This document shows positions 17,622 through 25,228 of a stretch of 64,000 nucleotides of DNA, piece after piece. Each line of letters starts with the position of its first letter. The first letter of the stretch is position 1. The notes under the pieces were generated by a model. It worked only from the letters and a program-made list of their open reading frames with translations, was not told where the DNA came from and did not search any database. The stretch lies in NCBI GenBank assembly GCA_046290825.1, contig JBKBTZ010000003.1, positions 9,881 to 73,880 on the forward strand. The letters run 5' to 3'. A program made the translations under genes and the position numbers. Source of the DNA: Limisphaerales bacterium. Lineage in GTDB: Bacteria; Verrucomicrobiota; Verrucomicrobiia; Limisphaerales; DSYF01.

Positions 17622-18788
17622 TCACCGGTCCACCTCCCCCAGGACAATGTCCACGCTGCCGAGGATGATCACAGCGTCGGCCACACGCTGCCCCAGACAC
17701 ATGTCCTCGAGAATGGTCAAATTGATAAAGCTGGGCGGCCGCACGCGGTAGCGATAGGGATTGGGCGAGCCGTCGCTGATCAGGTAGAATCCCAATTCTC
17801 CTTTCGGGGCTTCGATGCGGCCGTAAGCCTCGCCCGCCTTGGGGCGAAAGCCGCGCAACTTTGCCTTGGGGTCCATCACCGGGCCGGGGGGGATGTCCCG
17901 CAGGGCCTGGCGGAGAATTTTCACGCTCTCGCGCATCTCCAGCACGCGTATCATGAAGCGGTCGTAAAGATCGCCGTGTTCGCCCAGCGGCACCTTGAAG
18001 TCAAACCGGTCGTAGATCCCGTATTTGTCCACCTTGCGGATGTCGTAATTGACACCGCTGGCGCGGAGCATCGGTCCGGTGACGGACGCATTGATGGCCA
18101 GTTCGCGCGGCAGCACACCGACACCCTGGGTGCGGGCCAGGAGAATCTCGTTCTCGTTGAACAGCGTTTCGAACTCGTCCAAAAACGGGTCGTAGCCCTC
18201 AACCAGTTGCCGGGCACGCTGCAGCCAGGCGTCGGACACGTCGCAACGGACGCCGCCGAACCGCATGTAGTTATACATCATGCGGGCGCCGGTCAGCTCC
18301 TCGAACAGATCGAGGATCTTCTCTCGCTCCCGGAAGGCATACATGAGCGGCGTGCCGAGCGCGCCCATGTCCTGGACCAGGAAGCCGATGAGACAGGTGT
18401 GATTCTGAAGACGCGTGAGTTCGGCGGCAATCACGCGGATGTATTCGGCGCGCTCGGGAACCTGCAAACCCGCCAGCTTCTCGACAGTCAGGGCGTAGGC
18501 CCAGTTGTTCGTCATCGAACAGAAGTAGTCCAGCCGGTCCGTGTAAGGCATCGAGGCCAGATACGTTGTGCCCTCGGCAATCTTCTCGTGATTGCGGTGG
18601 AGGTAGCCGAAAACGGGCTTGAGCTTGACCACCTTCTCGCCGTCGAGCACCACGTCCATGCGAAACACCCCGTGGGTGGACGGATGATGCGGTCCCATCG
18701 AAACCTCCAGCAATTCCCCTTCGGGATCGGAGCCTTTGGGAAGCAGTTCGTAATTCTTCCGGGCGGGGATTTCGGTGATGGCGCTCAT
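17622..18788 (-). CDS. nuoD: NADH-quinone oxidoreductase subunit D
   Basis: 388-aa ORF, 49-kDa/NuoD-like ([14 protein letters not shown], ..RPPSFINL..), with ATGA overlapping the nuoC stop. Confidence 0.95.
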   Translation of the reverse strand: MSAITEIPARKNYELLPKGSDPEGELLEVSMGPHHPSTHGVFRMDVVLDGEKVVKLKPVFGYLHRNHEKIAEGTTYLASMPYTDRLDYFCSMTNNWAYALTVEKLAGLQVPERAEYIRVIAAELTRLQNHTCLIGFLVQDMGALGTPLMYAFREREKILDLFEELTGARMMYNYMRFGGVRCDVSDAWLQRARQLVEGYDPFLDEFETLFNENEILLARTQGVGVLPRELAINASVTGPMLRASGVNYDIRKVDKYGIYDRFDFKVPLGEHGDLYDRFMIRVLEMRESVKILRQALRDIPPGPVMDPKAKLRGFRPKAGEAYGRIEAPKGELGFYLISDGSPNPYRYRVRPPSFINLTILEDMCLGQRVADAVIILGSVDIVLGEVDR

Positions 18789-19420
18789 GGCTGGACCTCC
18801 CGCGCGTGGTGCGCCTTCACCCTCTCCAACACCCGGTCATGCGGCGTCGGCTCGTATTCGTAATCATCCGGCTCCACGTAATCTTTGCGCATGGGATGGC
18901 CTTCGAACTCGTCCCACATGAGGATGCGACGCAGATCGGGATGGCCGTCGAAGACGATTCCGAACAAGTCGTAGGCCTCGCGTTCCTGGAATTCGCAGCC
19001 GCGCCAGACGGGCGTCAGCGAAGGCACCCGGACCTTGTCGGCGCGATCCTCGGTGCGCAGGCGAAGGATCACGGGACCATGCTTGTGACGCATCGAATAG
19101 AGGTGATACACCACCTCCAGATGCCCGGAGCGGAGGGTGTCAATCGTCTCCTCGACCTCCTTCTCCACACCATCCACCACGACCCGCTTTTTCAACTTCG
19201 TTTTCACGACCGCTTCGGGCCAATCCACACCGGTGACGTTGGAGCAGTAGTCCAGCGCGAGGTCGGGATCATCCCGCAGGAAACGGGCGAAGGCCACGGC
19301 GTGCTCGTGATCCACGCGGAGGGAGCGCTGGCCAGCGGGGCTGTCGTTCTCAAGGATGTCGAGCCGGGCGCCGGGGCAGCGGTCCACGAAGCGGGCCTTG
19401 ATTTGTTCGAGCGTTTCCAC
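18785..19420 (-). CDS. nuoC: NADH-quinone oxidoreductase subunit C
   Basis: 211-aa ORF with a GTG start 3 nt after the nuoB stop. 30-kDa subunit motifs: [22 protein letters not shown]. Confidence 0.9.
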   Translation of the reverse strand: METLEQIKARFVDRCPGARLDILENDSPAGQRSLRVDHEHAVAFARFLRDDPDLALDYCSNVTGVDWPEAVVKTKLKKRVVVDGVEKEVEETIDTLRSGHLEVVYHLYSMRHKHGPVILRLRTEDRADKVRVPSLTPVWRGCEFQEREAYDLFGIVFDGHPDLRRILMWDEFEGHPMRKDYVEPDDYEYEPTPHDRVLERVKAHHAREVQP

Positions 19421-19423
19421 GGG

Positions 19424-20035
19424 TCAGCGGATGAGGGTGGGCGGGTGCCAGATCTGATCGTTTTTTGGTGGCTCCAGATCTTTCGGACCGTATTTCGGCA
19501 CGGGAAATTCACTGGGCGCATTGGGGTCAAGATGCCGCGGCTTGTCCGGCCCGGTGAGGCTCTGCGCTTCGATTTTTTTCTGCAAGGTCATGAACGCGTG
19601 AATCAATGCCTCGGGCCGGGGCGGGCAGCCCGGAATCACCACGTCCACCGGAATGTATCGGTCTATGCCCTTGAGCACGTTGTAACCCTGTTTGAACGGG
19701 CCGCCAGAGATGGCGCACGCACCCATGGCGATGACGTATTTTGGCTCGGGCATCTGGTTGTAGAGACGCACCACCAGCGGCGCCATCTTCTTCGTCACCG
19801 TGCCCGCGACGATCATGAGGTCCGCCTGTCGCGGCGAGGGACGGAACACTTCCGCGCCAAAGCGCGCCAGGTCGAAGCGCGCCATTGAAGTCGCAATCAT
19901 TTCGATGGCGCAACACGCGAGGCCAAACGTCAGGGGCCATACGGAGTTGGAGCGTCCCCAGTTGTAAAGCTCCTCCAGGGTCGTGGTGAACACGCCCTGT
20001 TTTTGCAATTCGCTTCTGAGTCCTTCGTCAATCAC
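19424..20035 (-). CDS. nuoB: NADH-quinone oxidoreductase subunit B
   Basis: PSST/NuoB motifs: [34 protein letters not shown] prefer GTG 20035 (GGAG 7 nt upstream). The ORF track start at 20125 would translate the AAGATT repeat. Confidence 0.8.
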   Translation of the reverse strand: MIDEGLRSELQKQGVFTTTLEELYNWGRSNSVWPLTFGLACCAIEMIATSMARFDLARFGAEVFRPSPRQADLMIVAGTVTKKMAPLVVRLYNQMPEPKYVIAMGACAISGGPFKQGYNVLKGIDRYIPVDVVIPGCPPRPEALIHAFMTLQKKIEAQSLTGPDKPRHLDPNAPSEFPVPKYGPKDLEPPKNDQIWHPPTLIR

Positions 20036-20053
20036 GGCTTTGCTCCGGCTCGA

Positions 20054-20141
20054 GGGATCAAGATTAAGATTATGATCAAGAAAACCGGCGTAAGCCCCCG
20101 GCCTCCCTCTTAATCTTCCTTTCAATCATAATCTTAATCCC
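20054..20141. repeat. palindrome built on AAGATT hexamers (family A): GGGATCAAGATTAAGATTATGATCAAG ... CAATCATAATCTTAATCCC
   Basis: The 15-nt core GATTAAGATTATGAT and its reverse complement ATCATAATCTTAATC are separated by about 45 nt. It fills the nuoA/nuoB junction. Confidence 0.7.
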
Positions 20142-20147
20142 TTTCGG

Positions 20148-20525
20148 TTATTTCCACGTCAGCACACCCTTCCGCCACGCCCAAACCAGTCCCTCCACCA
20201 GCAACAACAGAAAAATCATCATCGCCACGAAAGCCCCCGCGCTGAGGCCGGTGAAGGAGACCGCGAAGGGCAGCAGAAAAATCGTCTCCACGTCGAAAAC
20301 GAGAAAGATGATGCCGTAGAGATAATACTCGGAGCGGAAATGGATCCATGCATCCCCCTTGGATTCCAGGCCGCACTCGTAAATGGCATTTTTGTCCGGC
20401 CCGGGTTTGGGGGGTGAAAAAAATTTCGCCCACAGCCACGCTAGTGTCAGCGGCGCCGCCGCGAAGGCGATGGCTGTCACCATGAGCACGGCAAGGACCA
20501 GATAGGGCGATTCAGCGGCGCTCAT
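20148..20525 (-). CDS. nuoA: NADH-quinone oxidoreductase subunit A
   Basis: ORF 20148..20903 trimmed to ATG 20525 (MSAAESPYLVLAVLMV). 125 aa, ND3/NuoA-like (YECG, FLVFDVE). Confidence 0.9.
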   Translation of the reverse strand: MSAAESPYLVLAVLMVTAIAFAAAPLTLAWLWAKFFSPPKPGPDKNAIYECGLESKGDAWIHFRSEYYLYGIIFLVFDVETIFLLPFAVSFTGLSAGAFVAMMIFLLLLVEGLVWAWRKGVLTWK

Positions 20526-20803
20526 GTTTCCTCCTGCGAACGCCGAAGCACAGCCCGCTGCAGGCCCACCTCCTGCGCGATGTCGTCGAATTCCTGTCGG
20601 CTGACCGTCTCCAGCCGCTTGCCGCGCGCCGCCAGCTTTTCGTTGATCTTGATGGCCTTCTCGGTCATGGCCTCGTGGGTTTCCGCCGTGCCCCCCGCGA
20701 GCAGGAAGTTTTCCCCGCGCGTCACCCGCTTGTGCCCGTCGGAATCCAATCCGAGGCCAAGCAGCATGGCGCGGCGCGCGCTTCTGGAATCGCCCTTCGG
20801 CAT
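20522..20803 (-). CDS. small conserved-looking hypothetical protein (93 aa), first cistron of the nuo operon
   Basis: ATG 20803 has promoter-like hexamers immediately upstream. The stop overlaps the nuoA ATG (ATGA). Hydrophilic, with no family I recognise. Confidence 0.55.
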   Translation of the reverse strand: MPKGDSRSARRAMLLGLGLDSDGHKRVTRGENFLLAGGTAETHEAMTEKAIKINEKLAARGKRLETVSRQEFDDIAQEVGLQRAVLRRSQEET

Positions 20804-20809
20804 GGCCGG

Positions 20810-20837
20810 AAGCTAGAGCAAGCGTTCGCGAGGTCAA
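20810..20837 (-). promoter_or_regulatory. putative sigma70-type promoter of the small ORF-nuo operon: TTGACC-16-TAGCTT, then 6 nt to ATG
   Basis: Hexamers read on the minus strand (plus-strand ggtcaa 20832..20837, aagcta 20810..20815). Confidence 0.45.
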
Positions 20838-20866
20838 GCCGACGGGCAGACCGCGCGACGCGCCGC

Positions 20867-20895
20867 TTGAATTTCCCCGCGCCAGCCCCGACGAT
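20867..20895 (+). promoter_or_regulatory. putative promoter of the M20 peptidase gene: TTGAAT-17-GACGAT, then 6 nt to ATG
   Basis: Same geometry as the other first cistrons, but the -10 is weak. Confidence 0.3.
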
Positions 20896-20901
20896 GCCGC
20901 C

Positions 20902-22284
20902 ATGCAAGCTGTCCTGGATCACCTCCATCAAAACCAACCCCGCGCGCTCGAGGAACTCTGCGCCTACCTCCGCTTTCCCAGCGTCTCCGCCCAGCCGCAA
21001 CACGCTTCCGACATGCGCGCCTGCGCCGACTGGCTCGCGCAGCATTGCCGCCGCATCGGCCTCACCGCCGAAGTCATTCCCACCGCCGGCCATCCGGTCG
21101 TCCTCGCCCGCACGCCGCGTTCCGCAAAGGCCGCGCGCGGACGCAAACACTTCGTCGTCTATGGTCATTACGACGTGCAGCCGCCCGAGCCGTTTGAGTT
21201 GTGGCACTCGCCGCCCTTCGAGCCGGTGGTCAAGGACGGGAAACTTTTTGCCCGCGGCGCCTGCGACAACAAGGGCCAGAACTTTGCCCATCTCAAGGCC
21301 GTTGAAGCCTACCTGAAAACCGGCACGCCCCTGCCCTGCGACCTCACATTCCTCATCGAAGGCGAAGAGGAGGTCGGCAGCAAGAGCCTGCCCGCGTTCC
21401 TGCGGCAGCACCGCAAGCAACTCGCCTGCGACGCTTTTGTTGTTTCCGACACCGGCATGCCCGCCCGGGGACTCCCCGCGCTAACCTACGGGCTGCGCGG
21501 CATCTGCGCCCTTGAAATCACCCTGCATGGCCCCGCCCGCGACCTCCACTCCGGCATCTTCGGCGGCTCGGTCGAAAACCCGGCGATGGCCCTTTGCCAG
21601 CTTTTGGGGAAACTCCGCGACGCCCGCGGCCGCATCACGGTGCCCGGCTTTTACGACGACGTGAAACCGCTCTCCGCCTATGAGCGCCGTCAACTCGCCC
21701 GCCTGCCCTACAACGAAGCCGCTTACAAAAAGCTCCTCGGCGTGAAGGCGCTCTTCGGCGAACGCGGCTTCACCGCCATCGAACAACGCAGCGCCCGCCC
21801 CACCCTTGAAATCAACGGCCTCACCAGCGGCTACCAGGGCGAGGGCAGCAAGACCATCATTCCCGCCTGGGCACGCGCCAAACTCACCCTGCGCCTGGTG
21901 CCCGACCAGGACCCCGAAAAAATCCTGCGCCTCCTGACCGCCCATCTGCGCCGCCTGTGCCCATCCACCGTGCGACTCGAAATCACGCCCGGCCACGGCG
22001 CGCGACCCTACGCCGTCTCACCGCAAAGCCCGCCCGCGCAGGCCGCCTTGCGCGCCCTGCGCCAGGCCTTTGGCACCGAACCCGTTCTCCTGCGCGAGGG
22101 CGGCTCGATTCCCATTGTGAACGAATTCAAACGAATCCTGGGCGCGGACACGCTGCTGCTCGGCCTCGCGCTGCCGGACGACAACGCTCATTCGCCAAAC
22201 GAGAAATTTGAGCTGGATTGTTTCGTCAAAGGCCAGCTCATGTCCGCGCACCTCTGGCCCGAACTGGCGGCGGCAGGCAAGTAG
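20902..22284 (+). CDS. M20 family dipeptidase / metallohydrolase
   Basis: 460-aa ORF with M20 hallmarks: FPSVSAQPQH, VVYGHYDVQP, ARGACDNKGQ, FLIEGEEEVGS. Confidence 0.85.
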   Translation: MQAVLDHLHQNQPRALEELCAYLRFPSVSAQPQHASDMRACADWLAQHCRRIGLTAEVIPTAGHPVVLARTPRSAKAARGRKHFVVYGHYDVQPPEPFELWHSPPFEPVVKDGKLFARGACDNKGQNFAHLKAVEAYLKTGTPLPCDLTFLIEGEEEVGSKSLPAFLRQHRKQLACDAFVVSDTGMPARGLPALTYGLRGICALEITLHGPARDLHSGIFGGSVENPAMALCQLLGKLRDARGRITVPGFYDDVKPLSAYERRQLARLPYNEAAYKKLLGVKALFGERGFTAIEQRSARPTLEINGLTSGYQGEGSKTIIPAWARAKLTLRLVPDQDPEKILRLLTAHLRRLCPSTVRLEITPGHGARPYAVSPQSPPAQAALRALRQAFGTEPVLLREGGSIPIVNEFKRILGADTLLLGLALPDDNAHSPNEKFELDCFVKGQLMSAHLWPELAAAGK

Positions 22285-22299
22285 TTCACCGGCGGCAGT

Positions 22300-23139
22300 T
22301 CAAGTCGTTCCAGCCGTCACGGCGTCCCGATACGCTGCCCACCATCGCCGCGTTTCCGGCGCGGACGGCAGCGGGTGACCGTCCACGGACGCCACTTCGA
22401 CAACGCCGTGCGAACTGAGCGTGAGGAAGATGCCGTCCGCGCCGCGAAGTTCATCGGGGCGGCAAACCGTTTCACGCACCGGCAGCCCCGAAGCCGCGGC
22501 CAGTTCGCAAATCAAACCGCGCGTCACTCCGGCCAGCACACCGGCCTTCACGGGCGGCGTGTGCAGGACGCCGTTGCCGAGCCAGAACAGATTCCCACTG
22601 GCCGCCTCGATCACGTTTCCCGCCGTGTCCAGCAGCAATGCCTCCTCCGCGCCCGCCGCCTCGGCCTCCGCGCGAGCCAGCACTTGCGCGAGCTTGTTGA
22701 CCGTCTTGAATGCCGCGAGACCATCGCCTGCCGGCAAACGGAACGATGCCACCCGCGTCCGCCAGCGGAGCAGTTCGGGCGCGGCTGTAAAAGGATGCGC
22801 CGTCATCACCACGGTGGGCCGGTCCGCGCCGCGTGGCGAATACCCGCGCGGTCCGACTCCCCGCGAAACCGTCAGCCGCAACAGCGCGTCCGCCAGCCCG
22901 TTTCGCCGGACCAGTTCCGCCGCCGCCCGCGCCAGTTCCGCGCGCGGGAACGGTAAAACGATGCCTAAAAACGCCGCGCCCCGTTCCAACCGGTCAAGAT
23001 GCCGTTCGAGCAAAAAAATGCGCCCGTTCGCCACGCGCATCGTCTCAAACAAACCGTCGCCATACAAAAAGCCGCGGTCGAACACCGACACCGTGGCGGC
23101 GGCTTCGGGCACGAACTGGCCGTTGAGAAAGACGGTCAT
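22300..23139 (-). CDS. pabC: aminodeoxychorismate lyase / class IV aminotransferase
   Basis: 279-aa ORF (VFDRGFLYGDGLFETMR). ATGA couples it to the upstream pabB-like gene. Confidence 0.75.
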   Translation of the reverse strand: MTVFLNGQFVPEAAATVSVFDRGFLYGDGLFETMRVANGRIFLLERHLDRLERGAAFLGIVLPFPRAELARAAAELVRRNGLADALLRLTVSRGVGPRGYSPRGADRPTVVMTAHPFTAAPELLRWRTRVASFRLPAGDGLAAFKTVNKLAQVLARAEAEAAGAEEALLLDTAGNVIEAASGNLFWLGNGVLHTPPVKAGVLAGVTRGLICELAAASGLPVRETVCRPDELRGADGIFLTLSSHGVVEVASVDGHPLPSAPETRRWWAAYRDAVTAGTT

Positions 23140-24638
23140 GGGCGGGCGGGGGATGATGCGTGATGCCTGATGCGTGAGGCCCCGGCGGCGTCCGCCTTAA
23201 CATTCGTCACCAAGTGGGAAGTCCCGGTGATTTCCAACGCTGCCAGGAAGCCGCGCGCTTTGGCCAGCGTTTCATCGTATTCGGCGGCGGGGTCGGAATC
23301 CGCCACGATGCCCGCGCCAACGGAGAAATGCGCCCGCCCTGCGTGGCAGACGGCGGTGCGGATGGCGATGCTCAACTGGCTCTCGCGGTTGAAACCGAGA
23401 TAACCAATGGCCCCGCAATACGGTCCGCGCGCAACCGGCTCCAGCTCGTCAATGATCTCCATCGCGCGGAACTTCGGCGCGCCCGTGATGCTGCCGCCCG
23501 GAAAACACGCGGCCAGCGCGGCCAGATGCGTGACATCCTTCCGCAGCCGGCCCTCGACGGTGGACACGAGATGCTGCACCTGCGCGAACTTCTCGAGCCG
23601 CAGCAGGTCCGGCACCTGCACCGTGCCGAATTCGCAGACGCGCCCGAGGTCGTTGCGCAGCAAATCGGTGATCATCACCAGTTCGGCCTGCTCCTTGGCG
23701 CTGGTCTGCAACTCAAAGGACAATTGCGCGTCGCGGGCCGGGTCAGCGTCGCGGGGGCGGGTGCCTTTGATGGGGCGCGTCTGGATGTGAGCGCCGCTCA
23801 TCCGCAGGAACAACTCGGGCGAGGACGAGGCCAGTTGAAAATCTCCCGCATCCACAAACGCCGCGAACGGCGCGGGCGAAACTTCGGCCAGCCGGAGGAA
23901 CAATTCCTCCGCTGGAAACGGGCACGCCGCGGTCAGCCGCTGCGCGAGGTTGACCTGGTAGATGTCGCCCTGGCGGATGTAACGCTGCGCGGCGTTGACG
24001 GCGGCGAGGAACTGGTCGCGGGTGAGGGTGGAAGTGATGCGGGATGCGGGATGCGGGAGGCGGGATGCCGGGCGCGAGGGCGTTGGAGCCGGTTCGGAAG
24101 CGAGGTGCGCTTGCCAGAAATCGCGCTGCGCGGCGGCGCGTTCCGGCGAACGCGAGCCGTCGGCGGCCAGGCCGGTGGCGATGATCCAGGCGTTTCCGGC
24201 GCGGTGATCGAACACCACCAAGCTGTCGTGGAAGCCCATGTGGCAGTCGGGCAGTTCCAGATCGTTGCCAGTGCGGACGCGCAGCTTCGGCTCGACGAAT
24301 TTCTTCAAGTCATAGCCCCAGAAACCGAATCCGCCGCCCAGTGGGAATGGTGTGTCCGGCTCGTCCGGCAATTCGTAACGCGCCAGCAACGCATCCAGCA
24401 GATGCCACGGGTTGCCGAAGGAGACCTGCTCCGCCTGACCGTCGCGTGCCGTGACGACGCACCGCGAACCGGACGAGCGGAACGTGAGAAAGGGACGTGC
24501 CGTCACCAACGAATACCGCGCCTGCGGCGACTCGAAATGCCGGCTGCGCAGCACCACCACGCCCGGCTCGCCCGCCAGCGACGCGAGGAGCGTCTCGGGC
24601 GTGTGCGCGGTGGCGATCGGTTCAATCAACGGAGGCAT
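23136..24638 (-). CDS. pabB: aminodeoxychorismate synthase component I (chorismate-binding enzyme)
   Basis: 500-aa ORF with chorismate-binding motifs: PIKGTRPR, FPGGSITGAPK, RGPYCGAIGY. It contains a repeat-encoded linker and tail. Confidence 0.8.
   Translation of the reverse strand: MPPLIEPIATAHTPETLLASLAGEPGVVVLRSRHFESPQARYSLVTARPFLTFRSSGSRCVVTARDGQAEQVSFGNPWHLLDALLARYELPDEPDTPFPLGGGFGFWGYDLKKFVEPKLRVRTGNDLELPDCHMGFHDSLVVFDHRAGNAWIIATGLAADGSRSPERAAAQRDFWQAHLASEPAPTPSRPASRLPHPASRITSTLTRDQFLAAVNAAQRYIRQGDIYQVNLAQRLTAACPFPAEELFLRLAEVSPAPFAAFVDAGDFQLASSSPELFLRMSGAHIQTRPIKGTRPRDADPARDAQLSFELQTSAKEQAELVMITDLLRNDLGRVCEFGTVQVPDLLRLEKFAQVQHLVSTVEGRLRKDVTHLAALAACFPGGSITGAPKFRAMEIIDELEPVARGPYCGAIGYLGFNRESQLSIAIRTAVCHAGRAHFSVGAGIVADSDPAAEYDETLAKARGFLAALEITGTSHLVTNVKADAAGASRIRHHASSPARP
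23152..23179. repeat. heptamer array GATGATG/CGTGATG/CCTGATG/CGTGAGG (family D)
   Basis: Read directly. It lies in the last codons of pabB, translated as ASRIRHHAS. Confidence 0.65.
24034..24071. repeat. heptamer array (GATGCGG)x5 variant (family D) inside pabB
   Basis: GTGATGCGGGATGCGGGATGCGGGAGGCGGGATGCCGGG, translated on the minus strand as RPASRLPHPASRIT. Confidence 0.7.
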
Positions 24639-24644
24639 GGCAAG

Positions 24645-24977
24645 TCAGGGCAAAAACAATACCCGCTCGACCGGGTCGGCATGGAAGGCGTGCAGCGTGA
24701 CCGAATGGGTGCGCAGCAGTTCCACGATGGTTTCCGTCGGGCAATTTCCAACCCGCAATCGAACCACTTTCGGCGGGCAGCCACGCACCAAGGCGCGTTC
24801 AACAAAGTCCGAGTCTTTCGAGACGAGGGTGAATTCATGGCGGGCGGCCCATTCCCAAATCCGCTCGTCCTCGGCGCGCTGCAAACCAGCCTCCCGGACA
24901 TGCTGGGAACCCGGATAGAGGTCCGCCAGCACCACGGATAGACGGGGCGGCAGGTTCTCGTCGAACAGGAGCTTCAT
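24645..24977 (-). CDS. DUF5615-family PIN-like protein (putative toxin)
   Basis: ORF trimmed to ATG 24977 (MKLLFDENLPPRL...VSKDSDF). ATGA overlaps the DUF433 gene. Confidence 0.7.
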   Translation of the reverse strand: MKLLFDENLPPRLSVVLADLYPGSQHVREAGLQRAEDERIWEWAARHEFTLVSKDSDFVERALVRGCPPKVVRLRVGNCPTETIVELLRTHSVTLHAFHADPVERVLFLP

Positions 24978-25198
24978 GCGGGGGGCGTGCCGAGCCGACG
25001 CTCCCGATTGGCCGCGTATCCCAAACAAGCGCGGATGTCCTCCAGGGTAAGGTCAGGAAACTCGGCCACGATCTGTTCCGGCGTCATGCCTCCCGCGAGG
25101 TATTCCAACACGTCCTGCACGGTGATGCGCAACCCCCGAATGCAGGCTTTGCCGCTCCGTTTCCCCGGCTCCACCGTGATGCGGTCTTCGTAATTCAT
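24974..25198 (-). CDS. DUF433-family protein (putative antitoxin)
   Basis: 74-aa ORF: ITVEPGKRSGKACIRGLRITVQDVLEYLAGGMTPEQIVAEFPDLTLEDIRACLGYA, the typical DUF433 signature. Confidence 0.75.
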   Translation of the reverse strand: MNYEDRITVEPGKRSGKACIRGLRITVQDVLEYLAGGMTPEQIVAEFPDLTLEDIRACLGYAANRERRLGTPPA

Positions 25199-25228
25199 GC
25201 TTCAGCTTGCCCCGCACCCCAACGGCCG

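Noticed and set aside
23214-24941. 575-aa plus-strand ORF
   Set aside because: It is antisense to pabB and the DUF5615 gene. No motifs.
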